A stretch of DNA of 64,000 nucleotides from IMG/VR virus record IMGVR_UViG_3300025769_000082; one strand, 5' to 3'. This document shows positions 45,883 through 54,030 of this stretch, piece after piece. The translations under genes and the position numbers were made by a program. Source of the stretch: an uncultured virus (IMG/VR IMGVR_UViG_3300025769_000082). Taxonomy: Duplodnaviria; Heunggongvirae; Uroviricota; Caudoviricetes. Below the pieces are notes generated by a model, which saw only the letters and a program-made list of their open reading frames with translations, was not told where the DNA came from and did not search any database. How positions within the stretch are numbered: the stretch's first letter is position 1; every line of letters starts with the position of its first letter.

Positions 45883-47547
45883 TTAGGAAAAGAAAAAGTC
45901 CGCCTTCAAGACCTCAGAAACCTCGAAGTCACCGAGAGGTGGGGGATCGGGTAGTGACACACCGACGGCGTTTCGGGCGACGCTTTCGTGGAAGGTTACG
46001 AGCCAGTTATCTTTGTACATATCATAAGCGACCTCACGAGTGACATGTGCCAGCCGTGAGGCGTGACACGCATGGACACCATATGAGTCGTGGATCACGT
46101 CGAAGTCTGTTATCCCCTCAGACGTAAGCCGGTTGATAACCATCTGACACATAGCCGCATCTTGGGAATGGACGACGTTTGGTGATGCCGCGAGGGTAGA
46201 CTTACGGAGATTGATGCCAAGGCCCTCTTCCGCTGTAAACAGACGCAGCTTACCGCACAAAGTATTCACACGACCGGCAGACAGGTTGTGATATGACTGT
46301 GTTAGGGTGGAGCCTATCGAGTTGCTCCACATGAACGGCATGTGCTGCTCACTGACTGCGCGGGCACACTTTTGGAAGTAGCCCATCAGTTCCTTACCTT
46401 TCGTAATTGTACCTTCGAGTGCCTCAGATATACACTCTTGGAGATACTTAGCCGCTGAGAGTCGGTCACCCACGTCAAAGATTTCGGTGAAGCCATCACT
46501 CATAATTTGCGTCTGGATACCACGCTCGGTCACTCCATAGCTTGTTGTCATACACGCCCGTTTGACGTGGTTACGTTTGAGTGCTGGGGCCCACTTGGAC
46601 GCGAGTGGGTGTCCGGTACAGACGTCTTCATGGACGCGGGCCTTCACACGATTGAGGACCTCAAGATATAGGTCCTGACGGGGACCAGGGGCACAGTTGG
46701 TCGCTACAGCACCGACCGGGTCCCTAGCCATTAACGACAGATGCTGTAGCCCGTTTTGGGAACCGTCGATGTTGACGGGTAGATGACTATGGAAGTCGAA
46801 GGGGTCAGACAACTCCGACGCTAACCGTAACTCATGAGCCGTCGCTAGGAACTGTAACGGGTCCTCAAGTTCTAGCCACCAGCGGTTTTCTTCCGGGTTT
46901 TCTACGCACTCAAAGGCTCGGGTCAGGTGGTCCTGGGCCCACGTTATCCTATCATCCCTTGTCAGTTTATCCTGACCCGCTGTTGTCGCTAACCGGAACA
47001 ACAACCATCTGTAACCTTCAAGCCCAATACGCTCACCGTCGGCAAACATCAGTAGTGACTTGACGAGGTCTGGGCCTTGCGGGTGAAATTCCTGACTCAT
47101 CGGATACATACGTGTCCGGAAATCAAAGTTCCAAGGATGCCAGTGACGCTCATACTTCGACATCATCTGGGCGACATGGAGTACGCGGATGATGACGGCG
47201 TATTTGTTTAAGGCTGTCCCGTTCATTGAATGGACATCACCCCGGTAGCGTTTATGGTAGGTCCTCTGTTCTTCAGACATCGCCGCCCAGGTCTCAGCGT
47301 CATACTTCGGTGGCATGGGTTCCAAGGCCAGGCCAGGAATGATACCACCCAACGAGTCTTCCGCTGCGTTAGCTTTCTGTAGTACGTCGAGGATGTACTG
47401 GTTCACTCGGCGAGGTGTTGCTTGGACACTGTTTAGGGCATCGACAGCACCCTGTGATATGAATTGTGGCGATCCCGCAGTGTGCCGGTGGAGCGTCTCG
47501 GTCACGAACGGTGTTTGGATTAGGTAATACCCGCCTGTATAGCTCAA
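45883..47547 (-). CDS. T7-like RNA polymerase, C-terminal catalytic part
   Basis: DFRTRMY, DGSQNGLQH (motif A), RNHVKRACMTTSYG (B), IHDSY (C), ends DFFFS; TTG start after GGAGG. Confidence 0.92.
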   Translation of the reverse strand: MSYTGGYYLIQTPFVTETLHRHTAGSPQFISQGAVDALNSVQATPRRVNQYILDVLQKANAAEDSLGGIIPGLALEPMPPKYDAETWAAMSEEQRTYHKRYRGDVHSMNGTALNKYAVIIRVLHVAQMMSKYERHWHPWNFDFRTRMYPMSQEFHPQGPDLVKSLLMFADGERIGLEGYRWLLFRLATTAGQDKLTRDDRITWAQDHLTRAFECVENPEENRWWLELEDPLQFLATAHELRLASELSDPFDFHSHLPVNIDGSQNGLQHLSLMARDPVGAVATNCAPGPRQDLYLEVLNRVKARVHEDVCTGHPLASKWAPALKRNHVKRACMTTSYGVTERGIQTQIMSDGFTEIFDVGDRLSAAKYLQECISEALEGTITKGKELMGYFQKCARAVSEQHMPFMWSNSIGSTLTQSYHNLSAGRVNTLCGKLRLFTAEEGLGINLRKSTLAASPNVVHSQDAAMCQMVINRLTSEGITDFDVIHDSYGVHACHASRLAHVTREVAYDMYKDNWLVTFHESVARNAVGVSLPDPPPLGDFEVSEVLKADFFFS

Positions 47548-47710
47548 GTTCTGCCTCCATATTAGTTATGCGACGTTGTAAGTTGTCAGCGTCACGACAC
47601 GCATCGAGGTATCTAATCCTGTAACCCTGAGGGTCTTCTGGTGGTTGGGGTTGAGGTGTATCTGGCTTGTTGAATCTATCGCTCAGATACTCATGATCGT
47701 CATAGGCCAC
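47369..47710 (-). CDS. Small ORF between the two RNAP halves
   Basis: GTG start after GAGGAG; coiled-coil-like N-half; 3' half overlaps RNAP C-part in another frame. Confidence 0.5.
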   Translation of the reverse strand: MAYDDHEYLSDRFNKPDTPQPQPPEDPQGYRIRYLDACRDADNLQRRITNMEAELELYRRVLPNPNTVRDRDAPPAHCGIATIHITGCCRCPKQCPSNTSPSEPVHPRRTTES

Positions 47711-48524
47711 TTACTGTCTCCTCATCGAGTTGCCAAGGTAGTGGGGGTGCAATCATCGGTAGTCGGTATGGTTGTGATGTCGATAACTCTTCGTTGATGG
47801 TCTTGAGAGCAGCAATAGCCTCGGGAGCGACACGTATCACTCGCTTCTGTTGTCCTCTGTGGGCGAACGAGTATAGGTAGAACCACCCACCCCCGTGTGT
47901 GATTGCTGTATGTAATAGGGCGGCACCAACATGCGCTCGGGTACCGGATGACCACTCAGTCCGTTTGATATCTTCCCGACCAGAACGCCACTTCTGAAAA
48001 ATCCTACGGGTTACGACACCTTTCTTAGAGCCAATAATCCTTGCTGCATCCTCAGAGGCCCGCCGCCAATTCTCAAAGTCGATCTCGTCACGGACGGCAT
48101 CAGCAATAGCTAGTGATACCCGAGTCACACCCGCATCCACCTCTACCGAGGATAAGGTGTAGCAGTTCAGGATTATCCGGACAGTGATCAGTGCTAGTTT
48201 ATCAGCGGGAAGGGCTGTAACACCAACAGCCCACCCAGGTTGTGGTCCACGCTTACCAGCACTTACCTTAGCCGAAGCTTGTAGATCGAGGATGCCCCTG
48301 AGTAGGCCCTGGTCCTCGGTACCCACGATGTCCCGAGCTATCCTCATACCAGCATCACCGTCACCAATACCGACCTCCGTCCGCGTCACTGATCCGTCCG
48401 GTCGGCGCTTAACCCGCCACTGCTTTTCACGGAACCGTTGGATGCCTTCCTCGACACCTGAAATCTCCAATTTCTTCTGAGCTTCAACTTGATGAATGTT
48501 CACAGTGTTCCGTTGGTGTGCCAT
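47700..48524 (-). CDS. T7-like RNA polymerase, N-terminal domain part
   Basis: QKKLE...GIQRFR, WS....AHVGAALL, PMIAPPLPW match T7 RNAP N-terminal landmarks; start 48524 after AAGGGG. Confidence 0.85.
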   Translation of the reverse strand: MAHQRNTVNIHQVEAQKKLEISGVEEGIQRFREKQWRVKRRPDGSVTRTEVGIGDGDAGMRIARDIVGTEDQGLLRGILDLQASAKVSAGKRGPQPGWAVGVTALPADKLALITVRIILNCYTLSSVEVDAGVTRVSLAIADAVRDEIDFENWRRASEDAARIIGSKKGVVTRRIFQKWRSGREDIKRTEWSSGTRAHVGAALLHTAITHGGGWFYLYSFAHRGQQKRVIRVAPEAIAALKTINEELSTSQPYRLPMIAPPLPWQLDEETVSGL

Positions 48525-48754
48525 TGATAACCCCTTGTTCCTATCGGCTCCAACGCATAACCCCGGCTTATCGGGGGCGGCGCATACGTCGTCTACGCTT
48601 CCAGATGTCATCGTGTGTCGCTTTCCTCGCTCGTTTCGCTAAAAACCTTAATACCTCACCCTTGCGTAGCGCCTGTTGCCCTCGTTCGTCGTGGCTCGGG
48701 TGATACACATTGATACACATTGATATATCATCAATCGGCTTTGATATATCATAG

Positions 48755-48949
48755 CTAATCAACGAGTCGTAGTCTCTCGATCTCGGTCATTGCTTTGGGA
48801 CGCACGCGTTCGCATTCATGTGCATGGAAGATTTCACCATCAGGAAACTGGACGCCATACGCGTAGTGGCCGAAGTGGTCGTCCATCCAAGTAGCTTGCT
48901 CGATCTTCCCGGTCTTGGGGTGAAAGGTTGGTGCGGTGAAGTTACTCAT
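48755..48949 (-). CDS. Hypothetical protein
   Basis: GGAGG RBS; plausible globular sequence. Confidence 0.6.
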   Translation of the reverse strand: MSNFTAPTFHPKTGKIEQATWMDDHFGHYAYGVQFPDGEIFHAHECERVRPKAMTEIERLRLVD

Positions 48950-48979
48950 TGGTTTTCCTCCAGGGCCACCGGAAGGTGT

Positions 48980-49210
48980 TCAATCATGGGACGCCTTTCT
49001 GATTTCCAGGATTTCGTCATCACGGACAGCGAAGCAGCGACGCCAGCCGTGGTAAGAGACAAGCGGACGGCCGCGTCGTCGAGGGTCGCCGTCCACAGAG
49101 CTGATGGACCACACCTTCCGCCAAACGGCGCGGTAGTTTGTCCGTGTGGCAGCTTTGAACTTGATGGTATCTCCAGGCTGAATGGCGCTTATTTGTTTTG
49201 CTGTTGGCAT
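48980..49210 (-). CDS. Hypothetical protein
   Basis: GAGG RBS. Confidence 0.6.
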   Translation of the reverse strand: MPTAKQISAIQPGDTIKFKAATRTNYRAVWRKVWSISSVDGDPRRRGRPLVSYHGWRRCFAVRDDEILEIRKASHD

Positions 49211-49270
49211 GGGTCAGGTTTTCCTCTCAATGATGGTGACGTTGGTGACGTGCTTGTTTCCCGTAAGTCT

Positions 49271-50389
49271 CTAAGAGGTGTTTAATAGATCAGCCGCACG
49301 TTGGGACACCTCAGCTACATCCACATGGATGTACTTAGAGGTCATCGAGGTCCCTGTGTGACCGAGGAGAGGCATAATCTGAGCGATGGATAACCCCCGC
49401 ATAGCGAGCTTGGTCGCAAACGTATCACGCAGGGTATGTACCGTAGCGGTACCGCGTGTCTTAACGATGGACCTATCATCGTTAAGCCCTGCTCGGTTCA
49501 TCGCGGCACGTATGGACTCGGTGGAGTGAGCCCTATGGTTCTTAGGGTCCACCTTGCACTTATACCACCGTGGGAACACATACATATTAGCCCCTCGGTT
49601 GTCCCAACGCCGACGTATGACCGAGTACAGTCGATCGGTCATAATCAAGTTAGCCTCATTACCGACCTTCTGCCGGTACAAGTTGATCGTGCGGCAGTTC
49701 ATGGACACAGATGACCATGATGTAGATACCGCCTCGCCGTGGCGACAACCAGTGTCCAACAGGTATACCACAAGATCATAGGCGTCTTGCATCATCTGCC
49801 GCCGAGGTGTCCCCATGTCCGAGGAGGCTCCTTCGACCGGACGATGTGGATCGAGTTCGTGGAGTAGCCGCTCCTCCTCTTCCAGCGTCAGCGACCTTGT
49901 CTTCGGTTTGTAACGGAATGTCGGAAAGGACACGACCGGTTGTACATCATACCCCCAATGGTCCTTAGCCAACTTCCACACACGCTTAAGCTGTTGTACC
50001 TCGATACAGATCGTAGACTCAGCCAATCCCTCAGCAAACCGAGCCTCGACCAACGTACTGATTAAAGCAGACGTGAGATCAAGTAGTGGCGTACTGAGTG
50101 GTAAACGGAAACCCGGGCCGTCACCAAACAGCTTATCACGCCGCCACTGGGCTTGGCGTTTGGTGGACGGTAGTCTCAGAGTACCAAGGTATCGATCCAT
50201 AGCGTCTACCAGACGTACACGCTCCTTATCACCGAACTGATGAGAATTGAGGCGTCGCTCATACTCGGTAGCTTCTACTCTACGAGCATCAGTCTTATTC
50301 GTACGTTTGGTAGACCCACGGTATCGCTTACCACCAACGGTAAAATCGTACCACCAATAGTTAGAGCGTTGTTTCCTGATAAGTGACAT
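49271..50389 (-). CDS. int: Tyrosine integrase
   Basis: Arm-binding N-terminus, TGCR, HTLRDT, LGH, Y catalytic motifs. Confidence 0.95.
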   Translation of the reverse strand: MSLIRKQRSNYWWYDFTVGGKRYRGSTKRTNKTDARRVEATEYERRLNSHQFGDKERVRLVDAMDRYLGTLRLPSTKRQAQWRRDKLFGDGPGFRLPLSTPLLDLTSALISTLVEARFAEGLAESTICIEVQQLKRVWKLAKDHWGYDVQPVVSFPTFRYKPKTRSLTLEEEERLLHELDPHRPVEGASSDMGTPRRQMMQDAYDLVVYLLDTGCRHGEAVSTSWSSVSMNCRTINLYRQKVGNEANLIMTDRLYSVIRRRWDNRGANMYVFPRWYKCKVDPKNHRAHSTESIRAAMNRAGLNDDRSIVKTRGTATVHTLRDTFATKLAMRGLSIAQIMPLLGHTGTSMTSKYIHVDVAEVSQRAADLLNTS

Positions 50390-50398
50390 ATCTGATGT

Positions 50399-50623
50399 TA
50401 CCCTTTGGTTTCTCCTGGTACCCTTGGTACCCTTTGGTTTCTCCTGGTACCCTTTAGTTTCGGAAATCCTCCAGTTTCGGAAATCCAGATAAGAGCCTTC
50501 TTAAGGTGTCACTCTAGGTGTCACTCTAGGTGTCACTCTAAGTGGACCTTAGTGGACCTAGGTCTCTTTAGGTTTATAGTATATATTGTCATTCATAGAG
50601 TGATACTCTAAGTGATACTCTAA
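50399..50623. repeat. Non-coding array of short direct repeats (candidate attP arms or origin)
   Basis: ACCCTTTGGTTTCTCCTGGTACCCTT x2, AGTTTCGGAAATCC x2, AGGTGTCACTCT x3, AGTGGACCT x2, AGTGATACTCTA x2. Confidence 0.75.
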
Positions 50624-50630
50624 GGGGACC

Positions 50631-50655
50631 CTCCTCTATAAGGGTCCTCTATTAA
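50631..50655 (-). promoter_or_regulatory. Phage RNAP promoter
   Basis: TTAATAGAGGACCCTTATAGAGGAG. Confidence 0.85.
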
Positions 50656-50748
50656 AGGCCCTTAATCACAAGTGCTATGAATAGCAAGATATAACAAGCA
50701 CATAGCCACACTTGGAGACGATCTAAAGGGTCCCAATGTTTCATACGA

Positions 50749-50940
50749 CTATCCCTCCAGTTCAGCTTGTTGTTCAACCCATAAGTTGTAACCATTGGCC
50801 TCTAGCTCATACTCAGGTATATCACCATATTGATCGTTCAACCATTCCTGATAATCATCCCAGAACTCAGGGTTCCTAGGGTCCCAGGTGAAACCACAGC
50901 GCCTGATGTGTCTGATATAGTCTACGAGTTGTGGGTTCAT
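50749..50940 (-). CDS. Early hypothetical protein (acidic)
   Basis: Start MNPQLVDY after AAGGAGG. Confidence 0.6.
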   Translation of the reverse strand: MNPQLVDYIRHIRRCGFTWDPRNPEFWDDYQEWLNDQYGDIPEYELEANGYNLWVEQQAELEG

Positions 50941-51248
50941 AGGGTCACCTCCTTGAATTGACTGATACGCATACGCACTCGGTGCTGCCCAGGTCGCCAC
51001 ACATAGACCCACTTGCGACCAACCCTGGCCCACACATGACGAACCCCGGAACCAAGGTCCGGAGATTCACCGTTGAGCCATAGGGTGAACCGCTCATAAC
51101 CTTTGTTCGATGGTGGTTGTGGTAGTCGTGCGTATAACACCCTATCATCGGTCTTAGATCGACGCTTATGACGGATGGTTGTGCTTGTCTGTGGTCGTTT
51201 GGTTGCATCCAAGAACGCTGGTATGGACAATAGATCGAGGTCCGTCAT
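50937..51248 (-). CDS. Early hypothetical protein
   Basis: Coupled ORF with DLLSIPAFLD N-terminus. Confidence 0.6.
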   Translation of the reverse strand: MTDLDLLSIPAFLDATKRPQTSTTIRHKRRSKTDDRVLYARLPQPPSNKGYERFTLWLNGESPDLGSGVRHVWARVGRKWVYVWRPGQHRVRMRISQFKEVTL

Positions 51249-51628
51249 TGGAGAACCTCAGGCGTGGTCATGTTGAACTTGTGGGCAAGTTTTAGAAGCT
51301 TGTCACGCCATTCTCGAGGCTCGCTTTGGTCGTGTAGGTACTGGAGGGCACCCAACAAACGGTATAGCTCGGAACCCTTGGCGTCGGTATCCTTGGAGCC
51401 AAAGATATGCTCAATAACAACCAATCCGTAATCGTATCCAAACATATCGTCGATATCCTTACCCTCAAGCTCTATATTGTAGATTTCATCAGGGATAAGA
51501 CACCCGACAGCACACTTGGCACCATCAGGCGCGTGGTAGACGCACTCGCTGATGATCCTTGTAGCCTTCCGATATTGGGTCATCAGATGAGTGGCGGCGA
51601 TGTCAAAGGCCTCTTGCGTGGTATACAT
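51245..51628 (-). CDS. Early hypothetical protein
   Basis: CVY..PDG.KCAVGCLIPDE.Y and LQYLHD motif of a common phage early family. Confidence 0.7.
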   Translation of the reverse strand: MYTTQEAFDIAATHLMTQYRKATRIISECVYHAPDGAKCAVGCLIPDEIYNIELEGKDIDDMFGYDYGLVVIEHIFGSKDTDAKGSELYRLLGALQYLHDQSEPREWRDKLLKLAHKFNMTTPEVLQ

Positions 51629-51911
51629 GTGGTTAGTCCTCTTGTTGTTGCTTATGCTTAGGCTTACGAGTGTATCGGCTTCGGTCCCTAATTACACGAC
51701 AACGACAGACTGGGTGCGACAAGGCCTTAGCCACTGGGTTACCTTTAGATTTCAATGGTTTAGGCTTCATGCTTGCTGCCCCTTGTCAGAAAAGTGTCGG
51801 TTTATTCGTCCAGGTAGTCAGGGACCATTTCATCATACTGAAAAAACGGGTCGACCAAGGCCTCTAGGTGATCGAGTAGGGTTGACCTATCATCAGTCAT
51901 CACACTGCCAT

Positions 51912-52148
51912 TCATAGCATGATATCCCTTCCCTCGGCTCGTCGATAGTTCACCGGGTCTGTACTAGCTTCCACGCTATACTCCACCGGCATAGACCACG
52001 CCCTCCAGCGAGCACGACCTGACGCCTCAGCTTCAGCCTCGGTGGCGAAGCGTTGTGCGTTTCCGACAGTCTCGCCTGAAGGAAATGTGAACATTGGACG
52101 ATATGACGTCACGGTGTTACGCTCAACGGCGTTCATGCGACCGGTCAT
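51912..52148 (-). CDS. Early hypothetical protein
   Basis: AGGAG RBS; NAQRFATEAEA motif. Confidence 0.65.
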   Translation of the reverse strand: MTGRMNAVERNTVTSYRPMFTFPSGETVGNAQRFATEAEAEASGRARWRAWSMPVEYSVEASTDPVNYRRAEGRDIML

Positions 52149-52174
52149 TGCTTATCTCCTGTATGTGTGTCGTT

Positions 52175-52218
52175 CTACAGCCTCGGCCCCGCAACCGTCT
52201 CCAGCTCGGGGCGTTGGC
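52175..52218 (-). other. Conserved hairpin element copy 1
   Basis: ~44-nt imperfect direct repeat of 52628-52671; GNRA-capped stem on minus strand. Confidence 0.7.
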
Positions 52219-52244
52219 GATGGCGGCGCGATTGGGGCGGCTGG

Positions 52245-52523
52245 CTATGCCCAGCGTTTGATGAACCGCACAAGCTGGCGCTCATCGCGGCGAAGAACCT
52301 TCAGCTCGTCGCGATCATAATCAGAACACCAATCGATCTGGTCAAGCACCAAGTCCAGGCGATGACGCGCCTCGCCAATCAAGTGCGCGTCGTCGTACTT
52401 GGCGCTGACCTCGGCAGGGGTCCCGGCTTCCAGCATTCCGTCTGCAACGTCGATATCCTCGAACTGATGGACAAGCTCGCTGACTTTGAACGCGGCTTTG
52501 ACGATGGGGCGGAGGTTGGTCAT
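52245..52523 (-). CDS. Early hypothetical protein
   Basis: Start MTNLRPIV after AGGAG. Confidence 0.65.
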   Translation of the reverse strand: MTNLRPIVKAAFKVSELVHQFEDIDVADGMLEAGTPAEVSAKYDDAHLIGEARHRLDLVLDQIDWCSDYDRDELKVLRRDERQLVRFIKRWA

Positions 52524-52559
52524 GGGTGGTCTCCTGGTTGGTTGTTGTTGCTGACAGGG

Positions 52560-52588
52560 GTTATCGCACGTCAGCAACAACGTGTCAA
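52560..52588 (-). promoter_or_regulatory. Host sigma70-type early promoter
   Basis: TTGACA-N17-GATAAC. Confidence 0.7.
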
Positions 52589-52627
52589 CAAGAAAATTTA
52601 CTGCTCGTCTCCTCGGTTGGTGTTGTC

Positions 52628-52671
52628 CTACCGCCTCGGCCCCGCAACCGTTTCCGGCTCGAGGCGTTGGC
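52628..52671 (-). other. Conserved hairpin element copy 2
   Basis: See 52175-52218. Confidence 0.7.
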
Positions 52672-52690
52672 TATATATCGCGGATGAGGT

Positions 52691-52912
52691 CTAGCCGAAA
52701 ACAGTGAAACCCCGACTGGCGAAGTAGTGAAAATTCCCCTGGGTGTCAAGCATCATCGGCGCGAACCGCTTGCTTATAGGGTCTGCAACGATAGTGTAGC
52801 GTAACCGCCGACGCGTCTCGGGGTCAAACCCCTGGGTAACATCAGTGATACCCTTGCGGGCGTTCGCCGCTGTGGCGTATGTCTTCTTAGGCTGGAAGGT
52901 AAATTCCATCAT
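52691..52912 (-). CDS. Early hypothetical protein
   Basis: Start MMEFTFQPKK after GGAG. Confidence 0.6.
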   Translation of the reverse strand: MMEFTFQPKKTYATAANARKGITDVTQGFDPETRRRLRYTIVADPISKRFAPMMLDTQGNFHYFASRGFTVFG

Positions 52913-52958
52913 TTGTCTATCTCCACTTCTGGCGGGCATCATTGCCCTTTCGATGATG

Positions 52959-52987
52959 CATATAGGACCATCGGTCCTAATTGTCAA
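52959..52987 (-). promoter_or_regulatory. Host sigma70-type promoter with palindromic operator
   Basis: TTGACA-N17-TATATG; TAGGACC-N3-GGTCCTA overlaps the spacer and -10. Confidence 0.7.
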
Positions 52988-53004
52988 TAGGAAAACCACA
53001 TGAC

Positions 53005-53238
53005 TTATTTGACCTTAGCGATCCGCCCGTCACGCATTGTCACTTCTGCGAAAAACTCGCGTCCACGGCCGGTAATATACGGGCGGTGCGCCACAGTCAG
53101 TATACCGTCAGGTCTATATTCTGGACCGAACATGCTGGTTTCAGTGTACCGCAGCGGTTCCCCTATGGCGGCTTTAAGTTGTTTTTTGGTGTCGTAGTTT
53201 ACGATCATCATTTTGGTCATTCCTTTATTCATGGTCAC
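53005..53238 (-). CDS. Early hypothetical protein
   Basis: TKKQLKAAIG.PL.Y.ETSMFGPEY motif; start uncertain. Confidence 0.65.
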   Translation of the reverse strand: MTMNKGMTKMMIVNYDTKKQLKAAIGEPLRYTETSMFGPEYRPDGILTVAHRPYITGRGREFFAEVTMRDGRIAKVK

Positions 53239-53398
53239 TAATCAGATAGGGTATACGGAAACGATTATTTCACCCTTACCGGGCGCGAACCGCTCAAGGG
53301 CATCATCCAAATTCCAGCCCCGTTCCGTATCTTCGTATACCTTGGTATCGTCATTGTATCGCCATTTGATTACATACGTGGTCATGATCAATCCCCTT

Positions 53399-53996
53399 TC
53401 AATTCAATTCGTCGATGATGGATACACTAGCGCCTTCATTGAGAGTGTATCCCTCAAACACGTCATCGAACGTGACCCGGACTTGCCCATGGTCGTTGCA
53501 ACTAGTTATATCAGCAATCCGCCCGCGATATGTGTGATCCGTCAGGATCATTCCAGGCCATAGTTGATTGACTTTGATTTCGCGTGTTTTCATGATCAAC
53601 CTTTACGGATGGTTTTGGGTGAAACTATGGGTGCCACTTTATCACTAGTCTGGTGATCCGCCGGGAAGTTACACATTGCATGGCGACTGATCCGGACCAC
53701 ACTGTCGTCAGGGAAACCTAAGGTTCGCGTGGCAGTCTTAATCAAATGATCAACAGTCGCGGCATGTAAACGCTTCCGTCGTCGCATTTCCTTGAATTTG
53801 TTAGTCATTTCCATATCCCTTCCGGTATCGTGTGGCGAATAGAGTGTGGCACCTTACTGATGACATATAAAGCATCGAGCGCGCGCCAGTCATCATCGGT
53901 GTTTGACCATGTGTGTATTTCCAAAGCACGACGTTGGAAGGCACGTTCCCACGCTGGTCTCCGACGCATGGCTGTTATGGTTTCCTTACGGGTCAT
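53399..53996 (-). CDS. Three small coupled early ORFs (53399-53599, 53596-53814, 53805-53996)
   Basis: Overlapping start/stop codons, AAGG RBSs. Confidence 0.5.
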
Positions 53997-54030
53997 TCTG
54001 AATTCCTTTCGGTATATTCGTGGTCACTGA

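Noticed and set aside
47551..47714. RNAP gap looks like a spliceosomal intron (ACA|GTAAGT ... ACTAAT ... CAG|AAC) whose removal would restore the frame
   Set aside because: The genome is a bacteriophage with Shine-Dalgarno signals and no spliceosome is available; treated as coincidence. It also looks too short and unstructured for a group I/II intron. RT-PCR would settle it.
45883..48524. RNAP as a simple pseudogene or single-base sequencing error
   Set aside because: 152-nt gap, three frames, separate RBSs, intact catalytic motifs and conserved promoters; not fully excluded without reads
49211..51911. tRNA gene or tRNA-like att core near the integrase
   Set aside because: No cloverleaf or T-arm/CCA signature recognisable by eye
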